Of a stretch of DNA of 64,000 nucleotides, positions 18,741 through 28,158 are shown one piece after another (the stretch's first letter is position 1; every line of letters begins with the position of its first letter). The stretch lies in IMG/VR virus record IMGVR_UViG_3300028833_000068, positions 64,001-128,000 of that record. One strand, 5' to 3'. Below the pieces are notes generated by a model that was not told the DNA's origin, made no database searches, and saw only the letters and a list, made by a program, of their open reading frames with translations. The translations under genes and the position numbers were made by a program. This DNA comes from a virus. Its lineage: Duplodnaviria; Caudoviricetes.

Positions 18741-18903
18741 TTCTGATTATATTCCCCAATTTTACATTTCACAAAACTATCTGTGTCATGACCATCGACC
18801 TTACAACGACCATCATATCCAGTTCCGATGTGAAAGTTGACTATTCCCATGTTCTCAAAATGCGTACAAGTTTTGCATTCTCCATAATGTTCACAAACTT
18901 TAC

Positions 18904-19329
18904 TCATAAACCTAAATAATCTAATATTGGATAACAATTCTTTCTTATTTCCTCTCTTTCATCCTTTGTATACTTAGAATGGTCACTTACAAGATAATCA
19001 ACTTCTTCCCTACCATTGCGTTCTGCCACGCATTTTGTAAGATGGCTACATTCCCAATCAATTACAGCTCCAAGCCAATCTACCTTATTGTATCCATGAC
19101 TTCTACCATACATTACATGATGACTGTTATGGTGTTTATGCCACATTCTAACACGCTGGTAATCTCCCCAAATGAGTTTAAGCCAAGGTTTTTCAATGTC
19201 ATGCAATAACCATTTTGGCTTCCATACACCTAGTTTCCAAGCCGTATAATTAAAAGCAAACCAGTGCCATACCCAATACGGAAATGAACTTTTTTCTTTT
19301 ACTGTAAATTTTCTGAAATTTATGGCCAT
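18904..19329 (-). CDS. HD-like protein (DUF5662-like)
   Basis: LLHDIEK, HKHHNSHH, VIDWEC. Confidence 0.6.
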   Translation of the reverse strand: MAINFRKFTVKEKSSFPYWVWHWFAFNYTAWKLGVWKPKWLLHDIEKPWLKLIWGDYQRVRMWHKHHNSHHVMYGRSHGYNKVDWLGAVIDWECSHLTKCVAERNGREEVDYLVSDHSKYTKDEREEIRKNCYPILDYLGL

Positions 19330-19354
19330 AAATGATGTTTATATAAAAATAATC

Positions 19355-19612
19355 TTAATTTATTTGGTTTCTCAAAAAATAATCAAAATTGTCTTTTTGT
19401 AGCGTTATACCAACATATGTATCATATACCTTTATGTTCCCATTTTCAGTTTCTTCACATCTGTAAAAACCTTTGTGTACGGTTTTAAGAAAAATAACCC
19501 CGCCTTCAATGCAGTTATACTGAAAACGCCTATGACAATAATATAATGGTAATTGTTCATATTTTTCTAAATATCGTTGATATAATCCAGTGAGTCCTAA
19601 TTCAATTTTCAT
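19355..19612 (-). CDS. Hypothetical protein (start likely MKIELG)
   Basis: ATGA overlap with upstream gene. Confidence 0.55.
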   Translation of the reverse strand: MKIELGLTGLYQRYLEKYEQLPLYYCHRRFQYNCIEGGVIFLKTVHKGFYRCEETENGNIKVYDTYVGITLQKDNFDYFLRNQIN

Positions 19613-20145
19613 GTGACTTTCAAGTAATTTCTGTAGATGTAATTTTTGTCGAAACAAGCATATTTCAAGATTTCATTTTTAATTACCAATATATCATTTG
19701 TATTGAATAATGGTATTCCATAACTTTGACACACTATTCTTACATTTTCATACCTATAGAAATTTTCATTGCAAAAGACAATCATTTTCTTATCCTTCGC
19801 AAATAAGCCCAATTCCAACAATGATATTGGTGACTTTGAATTTGGCAATATATTCATAGCAATAAGGTCAGCACGTTCAAGATGATATAATTCCCAATCA
19901 ATTTGTTTCTTTAATTCATCTTTGTCAGCATCCTTATTCCATTCAGCACGCCTTGGGTTATAAATCATGATTGGATGAACTATATCCTTTTCATCCAACT
20001 CACGAATTAACTCACTCTGCCAATCCAAACTTTCTCCATCGTCTATAGTTCCTCCAAGAAACACATTTAATGGATACACCCCATCTATGGTGTACCTACT
20101 GTTATCATAGTCATGGGGCGGTGTAAATACTTTATTCTTTCTCAT
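19609..20145 (-). CDS. Nucleoside 2-deoxyribosyltransferase-like protein
   Basis: VFLGGTI, YNPRR..W, QIDWEL, SPISLLELG. Confidence 0.85.
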   Translation of the reverse strand: MRKNKVFTPPHDYDNSRYTIDGVYPLNVFLGGTIDDGESLDWQSELIRELDEKDIVHPIMIYNPRRAEWNKDADKDELKKQIDWELYHLERADLIAMNILPNSKSPISLLELGLFAKDKKMIVFCNENFYRYENVRIVCQSYGIPLFNTNDILVIKNEILKYACFDKNYIYRNYLKVT

Positions 20146-20186
20146 ACATTGCAAATATATAGAAAAATATTGAGAAAAACAAATGT

Positions 20187-20855
20187 TTAAGACTTCTTAA
20201 CAAGTACTGAATCTGCCAATCCGTAATCTACAGACTCTTGTCCTAACAGCCAATAGTTTCTATCACAATCGTGTTCTATTTGTTCAAAAGGTTTATTGGT
20301 ATTCTTTGCAAGTATCTCATATAAATCCTTCTTGCATCGTCTTGTTTGTTCAAGTTCAATCTCCATATCCTTCAAAACTCCTTGCATCCCACTGCTCACT
20401 TGATGTATCATCACTCTGCTATGTGGTAAAACGAACCTCTTACCTTTTGTTCCACAAGAAAGTAATACTGCACCCATTGATGCTGCCATACCCAAACAAG
20501 TAGTTGATACATCAGACTCAATAAAATTCATCGTATCAATTAATGAAAGACCAGCCAAAACATCTCCTCCAGGAGAATTGATGTATAAACTAATATCTCT
20601 ATTATCAACTGAATTTAGATACAACATCTGTGCAACCATTGTATCCATTGAGATACTATCAACTTGTCCACTCAAAAATAGTATTCTGTCTTGAATCAAG
20701 CGCGAGAAGACGTTCATCTCACTGACTCGCATAGCAGAATCTCGCTCTTCAATGATGGTTGGGTATACCATGTCCTTAATCTTATCATCAATAACTGATG
20801 GTGAAATGTTTGCCTTATCAATTGCAAACTTCCTAAAATCTTCTATTATTTCCAT
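20187..20855 (-). CDS. clpP: ATP-dependent Clp protease proteolytic subunit
   Basis: YINSPGG, GMAASMG (Ser), MIHQ (His), DRNYW (Asp). Confidence 0.95.
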   Translation of the reverse strand: MEIIEDFRKFAIDKANISPSVIDDKIKDMVYPTIIEERDSAMRVSEMNVFSRLIQDRILFLSGQVDSISMDTMVAQMLYLNSVDNRDISLYINSPGGDVLAGLSLIDTMNFIESDVSTTCLGMAASMGAVLLSCGTKGKRFVLPHSRVMIHQVSSGMQGVLKDMEIELEQTRRCKKDLYEILAKNTNKPFEQIEHDCDRNYWLLGQESVDYGLADSVLVKKS

Positions 20856-20860
20856 ATCTT

Positions 20861-21109
20861 TTAAAAAATATTTAAGTCTTCTATTGTTAAGTGTTCATTA
20901 TAAACAAAGTTATATCTACACAATATACTTTGTATTGCAGCTCTAGTAATCTCTGTATTTGGTTCTCCAATAAACTGATTTAACTGCTCTTTTAGTGATT
21001 CTCGTGACCATTCTAATGGTGTTATACCAATTCGTTCATTAGGGTCTATTGGCGTAATGCGAATACCATTACGTTTATTTACCTTGTTTGAAAATTCAAG
21101 CCTTGCCAT
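20861..21109 (-). CDS. Hypothetical protein
   Basis: 82-aa ORF. Confidence 0.55.
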   Translation of the reverse strand: MARLEFSNKVNKRNGIRITPIDPNERIGITPLEWSRESLKEQLNQFIGEPNTEITRAAIQSILCRYNFVYNEHLTIEDLNIF

Positions 21110-21163
21110 ATAGTATCATTAAAATGAATAAAAATGATTAATTTTGATTAAGTTTTTTTTATT

Positions 21164-21194
21164 TAGGGGACTAATAGTTAGTTAGTCCCCTTTT
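21164..21194 (-). terminator. Intrinsic terminator
   Basis: aggggactaa...ttagtcccct hairpin. Confidence 0.7.
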
Positions 21195-21201
21195 AATAGG
21201 C

Positions 21202-21891
21202 TTACTCATTTGTCAATTTCTTTCCAATTTCCTTTTCAAAGTCAAGTGTATTCTTGGTTGCTGCTGCATCCAAATTAAGCGCAAATGTCTCATTAAGTGA
21301 ATCCATTGTAGCTCCAGCGGATGCTAACTTTCTGTATGATGTTGTTACACAATTAATCATGTCATAGTTTCCACCAAGTTTGCTTCTTGAACTGTAGCTC
21401 CTATACTTGAATCCCAAATCATCAGCGGCCTTTGTAGTTGTGATATCACAGCCTATGTATAGGAACTCCCAAGAATATGTCTCAGTTTGAAGTTTAATTT
21501 TATCTTGTACTTGCTTCAATGTATATTCTCTTGATGCGTTTTCCTTACCATCTGTGAACACAGCAACTAGAACCTTTCCTGGTCTGTCTTCCTCTCGCAT
21601 TGCTGCAAGCCATTTTCCTGTATTATCGATGGCTACTCCCAATCCATCGTTCATGGCTGTCATTCCATCTGGGTTATACTTAAATTCCTCAATATCGTTT
21701 ACGTCCTTTCCAACAAACACCTCATCTACTCTATCACTGAATGTATAAAGTGAAACTGTGCATTTACCTTCCTTATTTGCTTTTTGTTCATCGATGATTT
21801 TTTTAACACCGCCTACTACATCTTCTTTAGATGTATACATACTACCACTCTTATCTATCACCATTGTGATATGAATATAATCATTTCTCAT
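21202..21891 (-). CDS. von Willebrand factor A domain protein
   Basis: MIDAS motif DKSGSM...T...FTDG. Confidence 0.88.
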   Translation of the reverse strand: MRNDYIHITMVIDKSGSMYTSKEDVVGGVKKIIDEQKANKEGKCTVSLYTFSDRVDEVFVGKDVNDIEEFKYNPDGMTAMNDGLGVAIDNTGKWLAAMREEDRPGKVLVAVFTDGKENASREYTLKQVQDKIKLQTETYSWEFLYIGCDITTTKAADDLGFKYRSYSSRSKLGGNYDMINCVTTSYRKLASAGATMDSLNETFALNLDAAATKNTLDFEKEIGKKLTNE

Positions 21892-21895
21892 TGCT

Positions 21896-22123
21896 TTAAT
21901 TTAATTTATTTAAATCGTTATTATCTTGTTCAAATAGAATTTGTATTTTTCCACTAGAGTCTACCGCTACGTTTGCATTATCGATTGCCTCAAAGGTTTT
22001 CTTTCTAAGTTCTTCATCTTCTTTAAGTTTAGGGTATTCTTTCAATACCATCAACTTAGCCTTTTCCCTAAGTTTTTTATTCTTAAGCCTTTGGATTCTT
22101 GCTTCTGATATTCTTTTGCTCAT
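21896..22123 (-). CDS. Hypothetical protein
   Basis: 75-aa ORF in operon. Confidence 0.6.
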   Translation of the reverse strand: MSKRISEARIQRLKNKKLREKAKLMVLKEYPKLKEDEELRKKTFEAIDNANVAVDSSGKIQILFEQDNNDLNKLN

Positions 22124-22126
22124 ACG

Positions 22127-22597
22127 TTACTTGTTTCTTTTCTTTGCAGCCTTTTCCTCTGCTTTCCTTAGTTTTTCCTCTTCCTTGCGTCTCTTTTCCT
22201 CGTCTTCAATCTGTTCAATTACGGCATATGAGGCTTCCATCATATCAACGTAGTTTTCATACTTTCTACGCATTCTGAACATTTCCTTTGCAATATCACC
22301 TTCAACATTTAACTTATCCTTTTCACTATCATAGGAAATATTAGAAATAGCACCTTCCATAAGTCTATCTTGCATTTCCTTGCTTAGTCTATCAAATGCT
22401 TCCTCATAGATAATTAAGAATGCATCTTTCTGTGTAAGATATTGTACGGTAGCTCCTGCTTTTGCAACTTTAAGTACATTTTTAGCCTTTGTTACTGACA
22501 TTACCTTGAGGTTAATACCCATTTGAGGTAAATTTGTTTGTTCGAACTTATCTTGTGCAAGTTCTGCAATGTCTGCTGACGTTTCAAAAAATTTCAT
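22127..22597 (-). CDS. Hypothetical protein (possibly degenerate phage metallopeptidase-like fold)
   Basis: IIYEEAFDRLS...LMEGAI; no HExxH. Confidence 0.6.
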   Translation of the reverse strand: MKFFETSADIAELAQDKFEQTNLPQMGINLKVMSVTKAKNVLKVAKAGATVQYLTQKDAFLIIYEEAFDRLSKEMQDRLMEGAISNISYDSEKDKLNVEGDIAKEMFRMRRKYENYVDMMEASYAVIEQIEDEEKRRKEEEKLRKAEEKAAKKRNK

Positions 22598-22605
22598 AAC
22601 TTTCT

Positions 22606-22812
22606 TTATTTTATAGGTTTTATTTTTTCAATATTTAGGTTTACAATATTTGCATTAATATACTCTTGTCCTTGTTTTTCGTGGGTATATTTACCATCTC
22701 TAATAACTATAATAGTGCATAGTCCACCTTTTTGAATGGAATATAAGTACCATTGACGATTTGGTTTCCAGTCATCGATGTATTCAACTATATCTCCTAC
22801 TTTAAGTTCCAT
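22606..22812 (-). CDS. Hypothetical protein
   Basis: MELKVGDIV start, SH3/KOW-like. Confidence 0.6.
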   Translation of the reverse strand: MELKVGDIVEYIDDWKPNRQWYLYSIQKGGLCTIIVIRDGKYTHEKQGQEYINANIVNLNIEKIKPIK

Positions 22813-22951
22813 ATTCCACTAATTTTGTTTCATAAATGGCATAACCATTTTTAAATTGTTCACCTTGTTTTCTTGCTGATTCAAGACTTGTAGTTCTCAT
22901 TATTGGTATTTCCAAATCATTTTCAAATCTGCATAGGATGTATTTTTCCAT
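22802..22951 (-). CDS. Small hypothetical protein (49 aa)
   Basis: Manual translation MEKYILCRFENDLEIP...; behind promoter at 22966-22975. Confidence 0.5.
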   Translation of the reverse strand: MEKYILCRFENDLEIPIMRTTSLESARKQGEQFKNGYAIYETKLVEYGT

Positions 22952-23039
22952 ATTATTCCTTTTTATGCAAAGATATATAAAAAAATGTTAAAAAACAAGT
23001 ATTTATTGAATTATTTTCAAAAAACATTAAATTTTATGT

Positions 23040-23753
23040 ATGGCAAGGATAAAAAGGGCAAAAAAAAGGAATAAGGTTAAGATATATTCTATCATTCACA
23101 CCAATCATGGAAAGATGAAAGAAACGATTTGCAGTGCAAAGACTGAAAAGGAAATATATAAGAAATTCAATGATATATTAAAGGAGAACAAGAAGGTTAT
23201 ATTTCCAATGAGATATAACAATCTTGAACATATTATGAAGCCATCTGAGCATGAAATCGTTATTATAAAGTGTAGGGATGAATTTGAAGGTAAGGTAAAT
23301 AAGGTTAGGACTGATACTGGTGAATTTGTCAATTATCAAACTGATGAGGATAACTGGATGGTAATTGACCGTGCGCCATATGAAATTGAAGAAACCTTTT
23401 GGGTATATGGTTATCATCCACGACTTCAAAGAAAAACATTTGAATGGATATTTGAGAATTTTATATTAAATGATTCAAAGAACAAGTATATGTTCAAAAC
23501 CATACAAGTATATCATAACAAGGTATTAATTGATTGTAATGGTAAACTTGAAATGATTATGTGCAAGAATAAGAGTGATTCTGTAAGATTCTACAACTTG
23601 CTTGAAACATACGCTAGCAAGGCTAAGTGTAAATATGTGCTATTTATGGGGGATTTATTGCACAGCAAATATAAAGGTGAATGGATACAGAGAATAATGG
23701 ATATGACTGGTTGGAATAAAAAGAAAATCACACGAAAATCTACTAGAGATTGA
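23040..23753 (+). CDS. Hypothetical protein (237 aa)
   Basis: Long ORF; TATTTATT at 23000-23007. Confidence 0.75.
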   Translation: MARIKRAKKRNKVKIYSIIHTNHGKMKETICSAKTEKEIYKKFNDILKENKKVIFPMRYNNLEHIMKPSEHEIVIIKCRDEFEGKVNKVRTDTGEFVNYQTDEDNWMVIDRAPYEIEETFWVYGYHPRLQRKTFEWIFENFILNDSKNKYMFKTIQVYHNKVLIDCNGKLEMIMCKNKSDSVRFYNLLETYASKAKCKYVLFMGDLLHSKYKGEWIQRIMDMTGWNKKKITRKSTRD

Positions 23754-23836
23754 ATGAAGAATTATAAAAAAATAAATTGCACTTAAATAAGTGATTTTTT
23801 GGTTATAGACACTTTTTATAATAAAAGGAAAGAATT

Positions 23837-23986
23837 ATGAATAGAAAGAGATTAACTACAGAACAGTTCGTAGAACGAGCAAAAAAGATTCATGTGGATA
23901 AATATGATTACATTAAAACCATTACAACTTCACTATGTCCATCACAATATTTTGTTCGAAGTTTCTTGAAGCCAAATGTTTTATAA
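23837..23986 (+). pseudogene. Truncated DUF723-repeat endonuclease remnant
   Basis: MNRKRLTTEQFVERAKKIHVDKYDY matches the N-termini of the three intact paralogues; similarity ends at the GNAT stop codon. Confidence 0.75.
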
Positions 23987-24360
23987 AATTCTACTAGTCT
24001 TTTTGTCTTTAAACCATCTTTAGGGGCTTTATAAATAGTCCAAAATGGAGAAGGATGGTGATATGGGCAAGCATTTAAGTGTATTAAATCGTATTTACCT
24101 TTAAAACGTCTGATGACATCATTTAATAGATACCGCCCATAACCTTTGTTTCTATTTCCATCTGTTGTGCTAAATGTGTTTAGATATATTACTTTTTTAT
24201 CTTTATATTCATTGATGTATTTTGTTTTATCTTCAATTGTTTCTACATCTGCATCTATAGAACACAAAACTTTTTCATCATCTGAAATTAGCTTGTATCT
24301 ATAATACTCTATTTCTCTAAAATTTGCAAATCCTTTACGTTTTTCTTTAATAACTTCCAT
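23908..24360 (-). CDS. GNAT family acetyltransferase
   Basis: RNKGYGRYLL, LVEFYKTFGF. Confidence 0.82.
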   Translation of the reverse strand: MEVIKEKRKGFANFREIEYYRYKLISDDEKVLCSIDADVETIEDKTKYINEYKDKKVIYLNTFSTTDGNRNKGYGRYLLNDVIRRFKGKYDLIHLNACPYHHPSPFWTIYKAPKDGLKTKRLVEFYKTFGFKKLRTKYCDGHSEVVMVLM

Positions 24361-24377
24361 ATTGAATTGATTTTTTT

Positions 24378-24427
24378 TGCAAATATACAAAAAAAAGTTG
24401 AACTGATAAAATATCAATTCAACTTTT
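24378..24427 (-). promoter_or_regulatory. Hairpin-promoter module
   Basis: aaaagttgaa...ttcaactttt stem, T-tract, then TATATTTGCA. Confidence 0.75.
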
Positions 24428-24433
24428 AACATT

Positions 24434-24988
24434 CTATAACTTAAATGGTGTATCAAAATCCTTTAACATTGGATGGTTCTTGTCCTTTTCTGACAAGATT
24501 GCCTCATTCAATGGTATTTGCCAATCAATCCCCAATGATTCATCCAATATATTGATTCCACCATCCACTTCTGGATGATAAAACTCATCACACTTGTATT
24601 GGAACACAGCCTCATCTGACAACACTGCAAAACCGTGTGCAAATCCCTTTGGAATGAAGAATTGTCTATGATTATCTTCTGTAAGAAGTACTGATACGTG
24701 TTCTCCATATGTTGGACTACCTTTTCTTAAGTCAACTGCAACATCTAATACCTTTCCCTTCACGCATCTTACAAGTTTTGATTGTGAATATGGTGGTTTT
24801 TGGAAATGTAAGCCTCTCATGACACCGTATGATGATTTGCTTTCATTGTCTTGAACAAAATTGATTTTTCCAACCTTTTCTTCAAAGTCTCTTTGTGAGA
24901 ATGATTCAAGGAAATATCCTCTTTCATCTTTAAAAATCTTTGGTTCTATAATCACAACGCCATCAATATTAGTCTTTACTACGTTCAT
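24434..24988 (-). CDS. rfbC: dTDP-4-dehydrorhamnose 3,5-epimerase
   Basis: DERGYF, RGLHFQ, VAVDLRKGSPTYG, GFAHGF, YKCD. Confidence 0.96.
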   Translation of the reverse strand: MNVVKTNIDGVVIIEPKIFKDERGYFLESFSQRDFEEKVGKINFVQDNESKSSYGVMRGLHFQKPPYSQSKLVRCVKGKVLDVAVDLRKGSPTYGEHVSVLLTEDNHRQFFIPKGFAHGFAVLSDEAVFQYKCDEFYHPEVDGGINILDESLGIDWQIPLNEAILSEKDKNHPMLKDFDTPFKL

Positions 24989-25241
24989 AATCTGTGTTTT
25001 TAACAATTATCATAACTCCACCAAAGTTGATGTTTATTTCTCCTTCTGATGGTATAAATTTATCTTCAGCATTTATTCTATTCCTATAGAACAAATCTTC
25101 GTCAACTCTTTTAAATTCCTCATCATTAAGATAGATGTACAGTTTGGATTGTTGAGCAACCCCATCCTCCTTAAGTCTTGAGGAAACCATTTGACCAAGT
25201 TCAAAAATGCTCATTGTTCCAAACTTAAAATTTTCTTCCAT
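24969..25241 (-). CDS. Hypothetical protein
   Basis: 90-aa ORF in operon. Confidence 0.6.
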   Translation of the reverse strand: MEENFKFGTMSIFELGQMVSSRLKEDGVAQQSKLYIYLNDEEFKRVDEDLFYRNRINAEDKFIPSEGEININFGGVMIIVKNTDYERSKD

Positions 25242-25245
25242 AACC

Positions 25246-25464
25246 TTAATTAAATAAATTCAAAAAACAATCTATCTTATGTTTAAATTTTTGCCAAAAT
25301 GTTAGTTCAACTTTCTTTTTTCCAGTTAACACATCATGCATATCCTTTCCCATTGAACCATTTAACTGTTCTGCAATATTCCATTGCAGTCCTTTAAGAG
25401 CCAATGCGTCCATTCTCTTCTCACTTTCGTAAGTAGTCACTTCTCTGTTATATTCACTATCCAT
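25246..25464 (-). CDS. Hypothetical protein
   Basis: 72-aa ORF in operon. Confidence 0.6.
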   Translation of the reverse strand: MDSEYNREVTTYESEKRMDALALKGLQWNIAEQLNGSMGKDMHDVLTGKKKVELTFWQKFKHKIDCFLNLFN

Positions 25465-25819
25465 TGTTATTACTCCTTTCTAACGCTTCTTGTAGTGTAT
25501 TTATTAGCCAATTACTACTACTAACAAACGCTCCATCTAAAAATATTGTTACATACCAATATTCTAATGGCAAACCAATCATAATCATTGGTGTTAATAT
25601 TACACTTGGTAATATCCATAAATTAAGCGCTGACATTCCAAATCCTAACCACCACCCAGAACATATAAAACAAGAGAGCATTTCATCCAATTGTGGATGA
25701 ATCTTTTTAGCTATTTCGTGCATTTTAACAAAACAATGAAATGGACCATTTGCATAAATTATAGTATTTGCAATACCATAACAAACAATCATATAAATAA
25801 CTAATATTAACCAGTACAT
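25457..25819 (-). CDS. Membrane protein (DUF1360-like)
   Basis: Hydrophobic segments with LSCFICSGWW (CxxC). Confidence 0.7.
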   Translation of the reverse strand: MYWLILVIYMIVCYGIANTIIYANGPFHCFVKMHEIAKKIHPQLDEMLSCFICSGWWLGFGMSALNLWILPSVILTPMIMIGLPLEYWYVTIFLDGAFVSSSNWLINTLQEALERSNNNG

Positions 25820-26706
25820 ATTTCAATTAATTCATTTATCTTATTTTCTAACTTGTCATTATAATTTATATAAAACAAATTCACATTATTCTCAGTACAT
25901 AATTTCAATTTATTTCTATCTAAATTTTTTCTATGCTCAAACATTTTTTCTCCACCAAAAAATTCTATTGGCTCAAAATGCTGTATACCTTGACATTCTA
26001 TTGCTATATCATATTTTGGTAAATAAAAATCTAAGCTTTGTTTACCTAGCCATGATAAATTTTCCTTCTTACAATGCCATATGTATTTTAAATTATTCTT
26101 TTCCAATTCTCTAGCAACTTTTTCTTCCAAAATACTGTTTTGACAATGTGGACATCCAACACCTCTCATATGATGCATAGGATAAGTATAAAATTCTCCA
26201 TGTTTAGAACAAATAACGCATACCTTTGTTTTCTGATTTACATATACTGTTTTACTATAATCATATTTCTCACCATACAATTCTTTGCAAATTGAAATAA
26301 ATTCATCTGTCGTATAATTATGTGTCAAAGAACATTTTTTGCATCCATAACCTTTTAAATGATGTTGTGGAGTTTGCCAGAACTCACCATGAATAGGACA
26401 AATTATGCATACTTTAGTTTGATTATCCACATAATTTACATTAGAATAATCATATCTATTACCGTGAATTTCCTTTGCTTTATTTATAAATTCTTCTAGT
26501 GTATACTTAGTGCTCCTATGTGAACAATGCGGACAATTCTGACCATGCAAATGGTCTAAAGGACGTTGAAAAAAGCTTCCATGAATTTTACAAACAATTT
26601 CAACTGGTTTTTGAGTTGATTCATATATGACTTTCGAATAATCATATTTATCTCCATGTACATTTTTAGCTTGTTCAACAAACTCCTCAGTTGTCTTTCT
26701 TTTCAT
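25807..26706 (-). CDS. DUF723-repeat plus Vsr-like endonuclease
   Basis: Three KYDYS..CPxHG repeats; LDFYLPKYDIAIECQGIQHF. Confidence 0.82.
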   Translation of the reverse strand: MKRKTTEEFVEQAKNVHGDKYDYSKVIYESTQKPVEIVCKIHGSFFQRPLDHLHGQNCPHCSHRSTKYTLEEFINKAKEIHGNRYDYSNVNYVDNQTKVCIICPIHGEFWQTPQHHLKGYGCKKCSLTHNYTTDEFISICKELYGEKYDYSKTVYVNQKTKVCVICSKHGEFYTYPMHHMRGVGCPHCQNSILEEKVARELEKNNLKYIWHCKKENLSWLGKQSLDFYLPKYDIAIECQGIQHFEPIEFFGGEKMFEHRKNLDRNKLKLCTENNVNLFYINYNDKLENKINELIEICTG

Positions 26707-27181
26707 TATCTTTTATTAACTCTTTTATATCTTCATTATTTTCGATTTGAGGCGCTTCTTGAGCTTTCTCAGCCTCTTTCACTTTCTTCGTGGTCTTCTT
26801 CCTACCCTTGGGCGTTTTAACGCTCTCAGTGACAAATTTAATGGTCTTAAGCTCATCATATGGAAGCTGTGAGAACAATTCCTTAAGCTCCTCAACTTTT
26901 GTCTTAAGTAGTTGAAGTTTAAGCACAATTTCATTGTTTGCCCTAATCGTTTCTTCAATTAAGTCAAACATATCCTCATAGGTTGTATCCTTGGAATCAG
27001 CATAATAATACGTCAAACTCTTGTCATTATCTCCAGCGGTGACTTTTATTCTCCCATCAGCACTTGGGTATGCTTTCCACCTATTGGGGTATATAACCTT
27101 TACCATTAAAGCCTCATTATACATTTCAATACCTCTAAAATAAGGCTTCATATCATTCATCCTCTCTTGTAACGTTCTCAT
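26687..27181 (-). CDS. Hypothetical protein
   Basis: About 164-aa ORF. Confidence 0.7.
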   Translation of the reverse strand: MRTLQERMNDMKPYFRGIEMYNEALMVKVIYPNRWKAYPSADGRIKVTAGDNDKSLTYYYADSKDTTYEDMFDLIEETIRANNEIVLKLQLLKTKVEELKELFSQLPYDELKTIKFVTESVKTPKGRKKTTKKVKEAEKAQEAPQIENNEDIKELIKDNEKKDN

Positions 27182-27182
27182 T

Positions 27183-27374
27183 TTAGAAACCACATATTAA
27201 CATTGTTAGGATATAAGCAAACGCAACACCAAATACTATTAATTCATTCTGTGTTGCAAGTTTTCCACTCTTCAATCTAAATACACTAACCACATGGAAT
27301 ATATCAACAATCAGTGTAAGTATTGCCATTATAAATAAAAATACCTTAATTTGTAATAATAAAGTTGCTATCAT
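27183..27374 (-). CDS. Small two-TM membrane protein
   Basis: Two hydrophobic stretches. Confidence 0.6.
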   Translation of the reverse strand: MIATLLLQIKVFLFIMAILTLIVDIFHVVSVFRLKSGKLATQNELIVFGVAFAYILTMLICGF

Positions 27375-27461
27375 AATATTTTTTTTTTAATTTAAATATA
27401 TTATTGCCTTATAAAATATAAAAAAATTGCTCAACAATTAAAGTATTGTTAAGCAATTAAT

Positions 27462-28157
27462 TCATTTCTTTGTTAAATCAAATGTGGCTGAAACGCCTAC
27501 CATTAATCCAAACTGTTTATTCATAATGTCATATCCTCCAGTAACTGCTGGTCCTATTGCCATTCTATCCCATACTGTCCTTTTTTGTTTCTTATGGAAC
27601 ATTGTAACATCAGATATTGTGCCACCATTGTTGCTTCCAATTGTTGCGTGATTCATTCCATTTTCTTCTTTATTTACAATTGTAAACTTATTCTTAACCT
27701 TTGCTTGGATTGAATACCATTTTGGTTCTGTATATGAATTCACGTTTAACTTATATTGAAATGTATCGTTTGGTTCACTTGTATATTCATATGTCCTAGC
27801 CACTTGAGGAATAGTAATTGGAATTGTATCATAAACCGTACTATCCTTTATGTTTGGTTTAGTGGTAACATTGCCTGTATTATAGTCTTTTTGGTGTGTA
27901 AATTGGATTACATAATCGAGTTTATCCTTATATTTCTTCAAAGAATCATATAATTCAGCATTTTCCTTTTTTAAAGCAGAGAAAGCTTTACTATAATAAA
28001 TCTTGTTATAATTATTCAAACTATCATAGTATTCAACTTCTTCTATAAGTTTTTGTGATGACTTATATTGCCTATTAGAATACCATAATAATCCGCACGT
28101 AATTAAGAATAAAACTAAAACAATATAGAAACATTTTTGTTTAGTAAATTTCTCCAT
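27462..28157 (-). CDS. Membrane-anchored coiled-coil protein, possible spanin-like lysis protein
   Basis: N-terminal TM, coiled coil, C-terminal amphipathic beta-hairpin; adjacent to holin-like gene. Confidence 0.55.
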   Translation of the reverse strand: MEKFTKQKCFYIVLVLFLITCGLLWYSNRQYKSSQKLIEEVEYYDSLNNYNKIYYSKAFSALKKENAELYDSLKKYKDKLDYVIQFTHQKDYNTGNVTTKPNIKDSTVYDTIPITIPQVARTYEYTSEPNDTFQYKLNVNSYTEPKWYSIQAKVKNKFTIVNKEENGMNHATIGSNNGGTISDVTMFHKKQKRTVWDRMAIGPAVTGGYDIMNKQFGLMVGVSATFDLTKK

Positions 28158-28158
28158 A

